64,000 bases of DNA from Octopus sinensis (Eukaryota). The notes under the pieces are model-generated. The model was not told the origin of the DNA, did no database searches, and saw nothing but the letters and a program-made list of their open reading frames with translations. Both the position numbers and the translations under genes were made by a program. Every line of letters begins with the position of its first letter. Within the stretch, counting starts at the first letter, position 1. The stretch covers positions 111,910,001 to 111,974,000 of the forward strand of contig NC_042997.1 of NCBI RefSeq assembly GCF_006345805.1, in the 5' to 3' direction. Positions 11,241-23,044 of the stretch are shown piece by piece.

Positions 11241-12860
11241 ACAGTTATATATACATACACACGCATCATACCGTCAAGTAATATATATGTCATGTTAGCA
11301 GTGTGTGTGTGTGTGTTTGTGCGTGTGTGTGCATGTGTGTGCGTGTGTGTGTGTGTGTGTGTGTAATGTGTGGAATGAGGCTGCTCTCATTATCTGCCAT
11401 CTACGCTGAATATTGATTTTTCCAACTGGTACACGGCCTCGGAGACAAGAGGAGGGGAGGAAGGGGAGGGGGATTTTGTAGCATTCATGCATTCCTGAAA
11501 ATGGAAAGATATACTGGAAAACCTGAAACTACGAATCTCTAAGAGCCTAAACCAAATCGCAAAACTGCTTGGTCTAAAGTTTAGTCCTCCCCTCAGACAA
11601 TTGTAATATCGACATAAAAAAAAAACAAATTAAAACCCTTCAATTTTAGAGTCTGACTGGAAAATTTCATCCTAAGTTACCTGCCTCAAAGCGCCATCGT
11701 GGATCTAGTTTCGTGCCAGGTAATTTCGTACGTGTGGCCCCCTCCACATGCACACACAATAAACACTCTGGAACACGTCCAGTTCCCATTAAAACCCCAA
11801 AATAAACGGTCAAAAATTCTTCCTGTTACATTACTGACCGCTATACGACCTCGTCTGTGCCCCCACTCCACCCAACAGACATGCATACACACAGACACAG
11901 GCGCGAGCACACATATTTTCATTTAGATAATACTTTCACGCCTCCCACTCAAACCTTCCTCAAAGCCAGTGTTATCTACAGATAACCACTTCATGCAAAG
12001 CCATCAATACTTAGAAACATGCTTCGACAGGAACACAGCAATCAAGTTTCCTTCAACAGTGTGACGACATGAAACAAGAATATTGGCAGAGTCCCATACA
12101 CCAACGAAATCGAACCCAGATCACTTGTTCAGATGTAAAAATAATTAAATATCACAAACAGAATTCTGACCAGGATTGATGACGTCAGCAAACAATTGGC
12201 CATTCAATTCACTGATAAATACATTAAGAACTTGTTTTTATTTGTTGCTAGTTGACCAGCAAAAAAAAAAAAAAAACCCAAAACCCCCCAAACAAACAAA
12301 CAATAGATCCAGCAAATCTTTAACTCATTAGATCTCAATTGTAATAAACAATATACGGGATTGTTATTAACGATTTTGTCTCTGGAGCCTTTCTTTGACA
12401 AACTGTGTCCGTATAAAAATGGTTTTCCTGTAACTAGTCAGTGGTCGTACACAGCTAAATCACTGGCTGCAAAGATTTACACCACTCAACTTCACCTTCA
12501 GAATTCGATGACAACTACAACTTACCATCATTGCTGACACATATATTCATCATGGGCATGCTTATGATTCACTGACTGTCATCACGTAGCTTTTATTCTG
12601 TCATCGCCAGAACCGCAACCAAAATAATCTCTTTAGTTACAAACATAATCACTACAAATATCAAAACAACAGTCTCGTTGCGCTGTACCACTTCCTATAA
12701 CTTCAACCCAACCTTTGTATGTACCGCACCTTATCTATGTATAACAACAATTAAAGAACTCAAAGTAACTGCAAATGTTAGGTTTCAAAACCCATGGACG
12801 TCCTCCAAGCCAATTTCGTCTCACACCTGTACACTTTACAATTTCAAGTATTCTTTCAGT

Positions 12861-13180
12861 ATGACCTTCCGCATATAAACCTTTCAATCCTCAATGATCT
12901 CCCATATATAAACCTTTCAATCCCCAATGATCTCCCATATATAAACTTTTCCATCCCCGATGATCTCCCGCTTATAAACCTTTCAATCCCCAATGATCTT
13001 CCGTATATAAACCTTTTTATCCCCGATGATCTCCCATATATAAACCTTTCAATCCCCAATGATCTCCCATATATAAACCTCTCAATCCCCGATGATCTCC
13101 CATATATAAACCTCTCAATCCCAATGATCTCCCGTATATAAACTTCTCAAAGCCCGGTGATCTTTCGTATATACACCTCA
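12861..13180. repeat. 33-bp minisatellite, about 9.7 units
   Basis: Consensus atgatctcccatatataaacctttcaatcccca repeated head to tail. Confidence 0.95.
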
Positions 13181-13884
13181 AATCTCTCATTTTCCTTCAT
13201 GGTGGCTATATTTAGAGAACTCTTCATCCTTGGTGATCCATCATGGTGACCTACGTATGTGAAGGTATGTGTTTGTGTGTGTGTGAGAGAGAGGGGGGAA
13301 ATAATCCCTGATAATCCATTGTCACATCTGAATCTTGAAGACTGAGTATTTTCTTTTAGTCCAGAAATAATTTCAGTTCAGTCCACATGCTGGCCATTTT
13401 CAGAGACCAAGAAACTCTATCATTGGGGCCAAACTCATGCATCTCAGATGACACTAACGCATCTTTATTGCTTATCTGTTACTTGTTTTACACACTGGAA
13501 TGTGACCATGTTGGGGCACCGCCTTGACCCCAGGACTCTCTTTTGCTAAGTTACAGCAACGTAAACGAACCAACACCGGTTTTGCATCGGGGGAGAAAAC
13601 ACAAACTCACACGCACACACTGAACGAAGGGTTAAAGGTGAAGTTGACCTAAGAACTCAGAACGTAAGGAGCTGGAAGAAACGCCTCTAAGCGTTCTGTT
13701 CAACGTGTTAACGACTCTGCCAATTCGTCACGTTATACAGATATATGTATACACCCTCCTCTCCATAAACATACGCCCACCCACACAGATACAGAAGAAA
13801 TAAGGCTTTCCACACCTGAAACCAGTTGGATCTATCTACGTTTTATATTGAATTTGGTAACTGTGGATGTATGTGTTTATATAT

Positions 13885-13938
<54 letters not shown>

Positions 13939-14060
13939 CGTAGTATACGGTATATTGGAATCTACTATGATATGTATTGTGAAGTGAAGATTACACTGAA
14001 TCTAATAATATTGTTATTATTGATAACTAAAATAATAATAATAATAATAATAATAACAAC

Positions 14061-15290
14061 AAAGATCGCCTTTACCTTCCCAGAGCCAAGGAGGTCGAGG
14101 CCTGATCCAGTTTGAACTAGCTTACAAAACAACCACAATTGGACTGGCCAAAATCTCGAAATAACGAATGACTGGATGCTAAGCTCGTGGAAAATCACGA
14201 GAGACGAAAGAAGTTTCATTCTATCATAAAGGAAAGCAAAAAATTTGCTATTGATCTCGTGCAGGATACCAAACTGAACAACCCGAGGAAGTACGGCAAC
14301 TATTGTTGCAAAGAAGGTAAAAATAATGCAACGAAAAAAGCGCACGAGCAATTGGCTGATAGGTGGGAGGAGAAACCTCTGCACGCCAATATGTGGCCCG
14401 CAGCAAACAAGCTGATGTTGACCAGAAGCAAACCCATCAGTGGCTACGGAGCTCAGGGCTAAAAGCAGAGAGCGAAGGTTTCATCTGGCTGCTCAGATCA
14501 AGCCTATTAACCCGGAACTACCAGGCCAATGTGATGAAAAAGGAGCAGACCCAAAATGCCGATTCTGCAACGACATGATTGAAACAGTGGACCACCTAAT
14601 CTCTGGATGTAAGTCTTAGCACCAGTGGAGTATAAATTAAGACATGACAGAGTTGCCAATATCTACACTGGCTAATAAGTCGGCATTACAATATCAAAAC
14701 TGCCGACAAGTGGTATAATCACCACCCTGAGGCTGTAACTGAAGAAGAAAATGTAACCATTCTGTGGGACTTTCCAGTACATACAGACCGAATCATCAAG
14801 GCCAATAACCAGATATTGTTGTGCAAGACCAAAACAATAAAGTTTGCTTATTGATCGACTTGAGCATCCCCTGTGATCATAATATCTCAGCGAAGAGTTT
14901 GACAAGCTCAAAAATATAAAACCTACTCATTGAAATTGAGAAAATGTGCATCTTAAGTGCGGTTACAATACAGTGATCGTAGGGCACTAGAATGATCAAG
15001 AAGGGAACCGAAAATTATATGAGCAATCCTTGGCTTACCATCCTGCAAGAAGTGCAAAGATTGTCTTAACTGGTACAATCACACGTATTGAGAAGAGCAT
15101 TGTCGATAGTAGAACTGTTGCTGCTCATGTATTTATTTAACTTAAAAAAAAAAATTTTTTTTTAAATGAACGAACTATTGAGTTTGGTTTAATGGCCTAC
15201 CAATGTATACTATGAGTTTCTTTGCCCTAGGAGTCGGGAAGACACTCGGCAAGAAATGGAAGCAAATTTGAAAGAAGAAAAAAAAAGTAA
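14061..15290 (+). mobile_element. 5'-truncated R4/Dong-like RLE LINE inserted in (AAT)n
   Basis: Motifs across frameshifts: DRLYLPRAK-GRGLIQ, EYKLRHDRVA, KWYNHHPEAV, ILWDFPVHTDRIIKAN-PDIV, QEVQK-IVLTGT; flanked by (AAT)n on both sides. Confidence 0.88.
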
Positions 15291-15310
15291 TAATAATAAT
15301 AATAATAAAT

Positions 15311-15878
15311 GCCCTGATGCAGTACCATACCCTGATGCCGTACCAGGCAGTGGCTCTCATGGCTTCTGATCTTAGCTGATTGGAAGTGTTATCATGTACA
15401 TTGTTTTGTCTTGGTATAAAAGATGGGCTACAGCAAATATTCTGCTCAATACCACAGATTTGCTTATCAGTTGTTTGACTTTAACCAGTTGAGCATGTCC
15501 CTTAGTGGCTGACGATATGTGCATCTCTGATCATGAGCAGAAGTTGTGGGGGAGCTTCATAGCCATGTGTTGAGAGGGATTCTTTGGAGTTTGAATAATT
15601 CACCTCTGGAAACATGGGTGGTTCTTTCAACATCCTTAAACAACCCTTATTCAGGGACCTTTTGAGCGGGATGGCTACTCACCAGAGAAAATTCTAACTG
15701 GGCCCCACCTGCAAAGTCATGTGCTGTTTATCTTTTTATGAGATCACCATGTCGCGCACATATGGTTGTGATTCATGTGCCTGGTGTACCCTTATCAGAC
15801 GGTAGTCATGATGGGTATATTGGGCTTCGTATATTTTACCCCAGTGTCACTTTGATGGCATGAACTGCTCTCTCACTC
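15311..15878 (+). mobile_element. Family E non-coding element embedded in (AAT)n
   Basis: About 570 bp, (AAT)n on both sides, no ORF and no Pol III boxes seen; second copy at 1-102. Confidence 0.75.
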
Positions 15879-16019
15879 AATAATAATAATAATAATAATA
15901 TAATAATAATATATAATACTAATAAATATAATAATAATAATAATAACATAATAATAATAATAATAAATAATAATAGAAATAATAATAATATAATGATAAT
16001 ATGTAATAGTAATAATTAA

Positions 16020-16178
16020 ATATTGTATGTGTATTTATGAACATGGATGTATGTATAAGTTCCAGTATATATGAATATATATGTATATGATGAATTGTCT
16101 ATTTGCTTGGACGTATAGTTTAATTGTGCCTATATATGTATTTATATACATGTAAAGGTGCATATATTTTGATTATGC

Positions 16179-16275
<97 letters not shown>

Positions 16276-16315
16276 TATATAATATAGATATATATCTATA
16301 TATATATATATATTC

Positions 16316-16358
<43 letters not shown>

Positions 16359-16740
16359 GTGTGTGTGGTGTGTGTGTGTGTGTGTGTATATGATATATGC
16401 TTATATTTTATATATTAAATTGTACGTGTATCCTGTTTCATGTATATATTTATATTTTGAAAGTACTTTATAATCTCTGACGAGGCGTATGGTTATATAT
16501 AAGGCATTTTTTAAATGCCTACAACCTCAATATAATTGACAACTATAGGCAGAGAAAATGACTTTTTTCCATAGGCTGAAACAACTGTAAGAGTGATTTT
16601 AATGATTTCAATAATTTATTTTAAGGTGTTTTAATTGTATTCTTATCTTATATGTATTGCATTTTAATGTATATATGTATGTTATTATGGTTCTCGTTTT
16701 GTTAAATAAATAAGTCAACATTCTAATATCCTAAAGCTGA
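16020..16740 (+). mobile_element. Family H2 repeat (probable Penelope 3' UTR or pseudo-LTR)
   Basis: Homologous to the reverse complement of 32950-33600; contains a hammerhead-like motif. Confidence 0.65.
16474..16592 (+). ncRNA. Type-I hammerhead-like motif H2 with long stem II insertion
   Basis: tct-CTGACGA-ggcgtatgg...(about 85 nt)...ccataggct-GAAA-caactg-TA-aga. Confidence 0.55.
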
Positions 16741-16829
16741 TAAACCAACAAAATTGTTTCTCCATTTTCTTATTAGTAATATATATATATGCATACATAT
16801 ATATCGTGTATATATCATATATATATATA

Positions 16830-17035
16830 TAAAGTTAATCCAAACAAGAAAGCACAAAAAAACACATCATCGCGAGGACGTGGAACAAATATAGTATTAT
16901 TGGACGCTCAGGAGAGAAGGAAAGAAGGAGGGTTTAACGTTTCGAGTGGAGCTCTTCGTCGGAAACATAGGAGAAGGAAAGATCCAGAGGAGGGAAGACA
17001 GAGGAAAAAAATCGCCAACGGTACACACGAGGTCA
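16830..17035 (-). mobile_element. Family H3 short repeat carrying a hammerhead-like motif
   Basis: Flanked by (TA)n; stem II (GAGC...CTC) resembles family C. Confidence 0.5.
16932..16966 (-). ncRNA. Minimal type-I hammerhead-like motif H3 (CCGACGA core)
   Basis: gttt-CCGACGA-a-gagctccactc-GAAA-cg-TT-aaac; perfect 4-bp stem I, palindromic AACGTT. Confidence 0.6.
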
Positions 17036-17064
17036 CGTATATATATATATATATATATATATAT

Positions 17065-17246
17065 AGGCACAGGAGTGACTGTGTGGTAAGTTGCTTACTT
17101 ACCAATCCCATGGTCCCGGGTTCAGTACCACTGCGTGGCACCTTGGGCAATTGTTTTCTACTATAGCCCCGGGCCGACCAAAGCCTTGTGAGTGGATTTG
17201 GTAAACGGAAACTGGAAGAAGCCTGTCGTATATACATGTATATACA

Positions 17247-17285
<39 letters not shown>

Positions 17286-17467
17286 TGGTGTCTGTGTTTG
17301 TCCCCCAACATCGCTTGACATCCGATGTTGGTGTGTTTACGTCCCCGCAACTTAGCGGTTCGGCAAAAGAGACCGATAGAATAAGTACTAGGCTCACAAA
17401 GAAGAAGCTCTGCTCGACTAAAGGCGGTGCTCCAGTATGGCTGCAGTCAAGTAAAAGAGTAAAAGAG
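17065..17467 (+). mobile_element. SINE family B, full length
   Basis: A and B boxes, internal (TG)n, gtaaaagag tail. Confidence 0.9.
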
Positions 17468-17779
17468 AATATATTATATATATATATATTCTTTAATTCT
17501 TTTATTTGTTTCAGTCATTTGACTGTGGCCATGCTGGACCACCGCCTTTAGTCGACCCCAGTCGTTTCGGACATTCGAGTTCTTCATCAGAAAAAAAAAA
17601 TGATGGTGGAAAGGAAGAAGAAAGAAAGAAAAAAAGGATTAAGGGCCAAGTAGGAATGCGATTCTATGGGGGAGAAGTTACAACAAAAATAATATGATTG
17701 TTAATGTAAATGTGATTGTTAATTATTTACTGACTAATCGACTGATCGATCAATAAATTCAATCATTGATGTTCATACA

Positions 17780-17898
17780 TTATTTACATTATTTACATTA
17801 TTTATATTTGACGGATATTTGTCCTGATCTTGTTTGTTGTTAACACAACGTTTCGGATGAAATACCCTCCAGCCTTCATCAGGTGTCTTGGGGAAATT

Positions 17899-17899
<1 letters not shown>
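17780..17899 (-). mobile_element. Family H1 repeat
   Basis: Reverse complement of part of 18520-18700 and 29873-30060. Confidence 0.8.
17842..17887 (-). ncRNA. Minimal type-I hammerhead-like motif H1
   Basis: gacac-CTGATGA-a-ggctg...catcc-GAAA-cg-TT-gtgtt; one stem II mismatch. Confidence 0.65.
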
Positions 17900-17946
<47 letters not shown>

Positions 17947-17968
17947 GTAATGATAATAATAATAATAC

Positions 17969-18042
17969 TTAAGACTATATAGGACCGAGGTAACTCATCC
18001 AGAAGTTATACACAAATATACCTCCGTCCTATGTAGTCTTAA
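17969..18042. repeat. 74-bp hairpin with 24-bp arms and TTAA ends
   Basis: ttaagactatataggaccgaggta versus reverse complement ttaagactacataggacggaggta. Confidence 0.8.
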
Positions 18043-18139
18043 TAAAAAATGAAGTAGACTGACATGTAATTTTTGAACCTGTGGAAGGCACGCTAGATGC
18101 CGAAATATCGTTCAACCAATTTCACATGATATGACATTC

Positions 18140-18200
<61 letters not shown>

Positions 18201-18202
18201 TT

Positions 18203-18406
18203 CAGACAAATATATAACAAAAACACCAGGACTTACAAATATATATAACATACAGAAAATTGCACTACTGGGCACTGCACACATCCTACGCAAAACACTT
18301 TCAATACAGTAACCATAAGAGCATCACAACAAACCACAGCACATACCCAAGGCACACAGAGCTGTGCTCGATAGTGAAGTGAAAGCAGGTTATAAAAATA
18401 AAACTA

Positions 18407-18410
<4 letters not shown>
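18203..18410 (+). mobile_element. R4/Dong-like LINE extreme 3' end
   Basis: NIQKIALLGTAHILRKTLSIQ* plus a short UTR, with (AAT)n on both sides. Confidence 0.75.
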
Positions 18411-18501
<91 letters not shown>

Positions 18502-18519
18502 TAATAACAACAACAACAA

Positions 18520-18700
18520 CGAAAAATACCTTAGGATTGAAAACCTAGGTTCGAAATTCCCCAAGACACCTGATGAAGGCTGGAGAGTATATTAGCCGAA
18601 ATGTTGTGTTAACAACAAACAAGATTAGGATAAATATCCGTCAAACATAAATAATGTAAATAATGTACATAATTCCTCATCTCTTAAATATAGAACTGCA
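18520..18700 (+). mobile_element. Family H1 repeat
   Basis: Follows (AAT)/(AAC)n; matches 29873-30060. Confidence 0.8.
18565..18610 (+). ncRNA. Minimal type-I hammerhead-like motif H1
   Basis: gacac-CTGATGA-a-ggctg...tagcc-GAAA-tg-TT-gtgtt. Confidence 0.65.
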
Positions 18701-18968
18701 TTATTCATGTTCATATTCCATAAATTCGCTGTCAGAGCCATGTATAATATGCGGGGACGTTTGGGTTTTCCCATGAAAGTTTGATAAATGCGGATAACAA
18801 CAATAACAAGGCCAACAATTTCAGGGGAAGTGGTAATTCGATTAGATCTACCCCAGTACTCAACAGGCATATAACTTATCGACCCCGAAAGGATAAAAGG
18901 CAAAGTTGATCTCGACGGAATTTGAACTCGGAGCGTAAAGGCGATTCTGTCAGATTGTTGTCGTCGTC

Positions 18969-19192
18969 TTCACTATAGGCAGAATGCCTGAAATTTGGGG
19001 GATGGGAGGTGGGGGGATTAGTCGATTACATTGACCCCAGTACTTAACTGGTGCCTTTTATCGACTTCGAAAAGATGCAAAAAAAAAGAAGAAGAATCGG
19101 CTTCGGTGGAATTTGAACTCAGAACGTAAAGACGAAGGAATGCCACTAAGCTTTTTACCCGGCGTCCTAACGATTCTGCCATCACGCCGCTT
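18969..19192 (-). mobile_element. SINE family A, near full length (a further partial copy at about 18800-18945)
   Basis: Reverse complement of the aaggcggcg...ggcagaatcgttag...gagttcaaattcc head plus body. Confidence 0.85.
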
Positions 19193-19458
19193 TAAAAAAC
19201 AGTATTTATATAATAATAATACGAAGAGTAAGGGATAGAAAAAGAAACCAATTGATGCACACACACATACGTACACACACATCTGCACACATCCACACAC
19301 ATACATACATACTCACAATGCATGCATACGTACATACATACATGCATGCATCCACGCATGCATACATATATTCATATATACATACATATATTCATACATG
19401 CATACATACATAGGTGAATGCATGCATGTATAGATACAAGCATTCATACATATTCATA

Positions 19459-21321
19459 TCTATATATATAAAACAAAGGATGTGTGTGTAGTTTTCAACG
19501 GATTTTCACCAAACTTTATACATACATTACTTCTGTGCTATGGATGGCCATGCACTATAACATTTTGCTAAAAGCTCCCGTGTAAAGCGAGAAACCGGGA
19601 AAATGGTGTTTTACACGGGGTTTTTCTCTAAAAACTTCTGCATCTCTCCGCTTTCTCTCTCTGTATTTATTTCTCTTTTCTCCCTCTTTTTCTCATTCTC
19701 TGTTTCTCTTGCTTACACATGTTCTTTCTCACCCTCTGTAATAGTTCCTCTCTTTTAGTCTGTCGTTTTTTCACTCTCTCTCTCTTTCTTGTTAACTCAC
19801 TCAGACACTTACTAACTTCTGTCTACAAATTGAGCTCCGTGTATTTCAATTAGTCGTGCATAAAAATCTCAGTTGTTACAGTTTTTGTACGTTCTCCCTG
19901 ATGAATAATTCAGTTATTCTTAATTTTTATTCAATCAGTGTGTTTAAATTCAGTTTTGTCACATTTGCCTAAAAATCTACTTCAGTGAAGTTCAATTTTG
20001 TCGTGCGTAAATATCTTTGTCTTTGCGGTAATTTATACGTTCTCCCTACAACATTACTTAACTTATTAAAAATGTTTTGCACTCCGTCTATTTAAATACA
20101 CTATTTACATTTCTCCCTCTATCGTAAAACGTGCGTGCGTTTGTACATGTGTACGTATGACTGCTATGGGCCACATACAGCCGATAAGCCTTTATTACTT
20201 ACCAATGAGATTTCAACCACGCAATTGAGCGGTTGAAAAGACTATCCTAAAGCGACACAAGTTTTTCACTCAAGCTATTTTCTTCTAGTGTTTTATACTC
20301 TCAAACGAGGTTTGTGAGTTCTGTCTAAAAATTGACTTCCTTGTCTATATACATAAAATACTTTGTCTGTCTGTCCGTTCCCTATGCATTCTCAAACGGC
20401 TCAAATCAAATCAAATTTTACAAGGTAATAGTATCAGACCCCGTGAGTATCAACATGTAATTTTTCTTTTCATTTGGATTAAAACAATATAACATTGGCA
20501 CTGATTCAGTATTACATGTCAAAAGTGAAAGAATAAGATCTACATTGTAATGTGATATAATATTGTTTCACTTTTATTCTTTCAATTTTCATTCTAAACC
20601 TGTACTATTGTTACACTTTTATTCTTTTACATTTAATTCTACTGTGATGAATAAATGAATAATTTATATCCTAATGTGAACAACATTACACATCGGCAAC
20701 TTTCCGTCTTTACCACCATGACAGCGGAATGATATGTCAGTGTGTGTGTGTTGACTGACATAACGAACGGCTGGAGGTGAAACTCTTGACAAAAAACAAT
20801 TAGGCGGTCCAAGGTGTATAAAAATACACATTTACCGTTCAATTACCTGTTCATAATTATCGCAGCAGTTACAAGGCTGCAAGGTATTTGCAATTACATA
20901 CTTACCTTTAAATTAATGGATTCTCAATAGAGAAGGGAAATGTGAAATTTCCAACATCAGCAAAGACATGCCGCATCGCATCAAATGGAGTCTCAATACA
21001 GCAGGGAGATAAGACTTTCTCAAGATCAGCAAAGACATGCTGCAGCACGTCAGATGGAATCTGAAGAGAGATGCGAGATGAGATTTTCTCAAAATCAGCA
21101 AAAGCAGGCACATACCCAACACCCTCAATTTTCCATGACAAGTTAGGGCCAGGAATACTCCAAACGGACGCATGTCGCTTAGTCGAATTAGCTCATTATT
21201 TACTCCATAAATGTTTTCTCGTCAATGCTACACTTTCCCATATCACCTGTTTCAACATAACTGTAATATATATACAAACTATGTCATTTTAATCCCGAGC
21301 AACGCCGGGTATCTCTGATAG
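19459..21321 (+). mobile_element. Non-autonomous Helitron (composite)
   Basis: 5' A|TCTATATATATAAAA; 3' hairpin cccgagcaacgccggg then gatag|T; second 5'-like module near 20346; internal 25-aa repeats RLSQDQQRHAAARQMESEE. Confidence 0.75.
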
Positions 21322-21326
21322 TATAA

Positions 21327-21358
<32 letters not shown>

Positions 21359-21401
21359 CAAGTTAAATGAAGAAAAGAAAATGGAGAGTAGGAAGTTAAT
21401 T

Positions 21402-21683
21402 ATTATTAACAAATTGCTCATCTTTACTACTTACAGCCGTTTCAATTAATATTCAATAATTTAATTGAGTATTTGCACATTAAATTTGCATTTATGTAAC
21501 ATGAGCATAATTTCATCAGAGAAAAGGATATACTTTGAGATGTTACATGCCGACCTTTCAGTTCATTTCAGCAGACGGCTCATGTTACATAAATGGAAAA
21601 TTTAATGCACAAAGTTGTAATTAGATTATTGAGTATTAATTGAAACGGCTGTAAGAAGTAAAGATTACCAATTTGTTAATAAT
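21402..21683. repeat. Inverted duplication with about 105-bp arms, of a hammerhead-bearing repeat
   Basis: 21402-21506 is approximately the reverse complement of 21578-21683. Confidence 0.85.
21430..21521 (-). ncRNA. Type-I hammerhead-like motif H4 with long stem II loop
   Basis: ct-CTGATGA-aatta...taatt-GAAA-cggctg-TA-ag; stem I is short. Confidence 0.5.
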
Positions 21684-22044
21684 GAATTATTATTATTTAA
21701 TGATTTATTATTAAAAAAAGCTTATAAGCGATCACTGCGCAATGACTAAAGAAAATAGTCTAAATAATGAGGCATATAGGCCCTCGAAAGAAAAAAGTAT
21801 GTTTTCCCGTACGCGTGGGACTGGAATCCACACATCTTTGTTTACACGAAAAATCGACGTTGCTTGAAAAAAACCATCGCAGTAAAAGCACATGAAAGTT
21901 TGTTTGCAAAAACAACTACGAACAAAAGATAGTTCTTAAATCTGGCTGAAAGATTATAAATTATGTAAAATTACCCACAAGGTAGGTAATTTTATATACT
22001 AACGTAATTTCATCCTTATTTATATAACCATATAATGATATAAA

Positions 22045-22089
<45 letters not shown>

Positions 22090-22275
22090 GTGAGAATTTA
22101 CCAAAAAACAAAAGCTGAAGACGGGTGTGTAAACAACAAACAGATGTATTAGTTCAACGCTCGGGAAGTGAGAAAGTCTTTTACGTTTCGAGCCTACGCT
22201 CTTCGACAGAAAGGAACACAGAAATAAACGGAGAAAAAATAGAAAAAGGTTTAGTGGGTAGCGATCTGTCATGGC
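22090..22275 (-). mobile_element. Family C repeat
   Basis: Homologous to 5440-5595. Confidence 0.75.
22178..22213 (-). ncRNA. Hammerhead-like motif, family C (CUGUCGA)
   Basis: cttt-CTGTCGA-a-gagcgtaggctc-GAAA-cg-TA-aaag. Confidence 0.55.
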
Positions 22276-22328
22276 GAGTGTATATATATATATATACATA
22301 CATAAATACATACACACCACACACACAC

Positions 22329-22388
<60 letters not shown>

Positions 22389-22422
22389 CACACACACACA
22401 CATACATACATACATACATACA

Positions 22423-22458
<36 letters not shown>

Positions 22459-22992
22459 TACGTACATATACGCATGCATATGTGTGAAGACACACGAATT
22501 AATGGCTAGGGTGTCGTGGGTTCGATTCCCAGACCGGGTGTTGCGCTGTGTTATTGCGCAAAGCACTTCATTTCACGTTGCTCTACGATCCTCTTGTCAT
22601 CTGACATGTGGCACTTGGTGCAAATTAAAATGGAAATATCCCAGTGGAGTCTTTTTTTCTTATTTTGTTATTTCTACGGCCAGACAGATTGCACCAGATC
22701 ATTCATCAGATCAGGCCGGCCGTCTATACACTGATAAGACTAGGTATCGTGAAAATCCGATGCCTTGTCGGGTAGAAGGGTGCCGCGGTGAGCACGGCAG
22801 CAGCGGATACAAGTTCGGTGAACCTAATTGCTGGAGCAATAAACTTATGCACGGGCATTGATGGCATTTTGCATGGGCAATGGTCAGTGATGGTCTTCCT
22901 CGTTCACGAGTGGATAGTCATCATCATGATCATCGTCATCATCATCCTCGTCGTCGTCGTTGTCGTCATCATCATCATCTACACACACACAC

Positions 22993-23044
<52 letters not shown>

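Noticed and set aside
10056-11298. His-Thr and Cys-Val repeat ORFs
   Set aside because: (CA)n-derived; stops are absent by composition.
12365-12560. Two-exon minus-strand mini-gene (MPMMNICVSNDG|KTIFIRTQFVKERLQRQNR)
   Set aside because: Only 31 aa, weak acceptor, in-frame stop just upstream and no recognisable homology.
12861-13180. CRISPR-like 33-bp periodicity
   Set aside because: Units are contiguous with no unique spacers; eukaryotic context and no cas genes.
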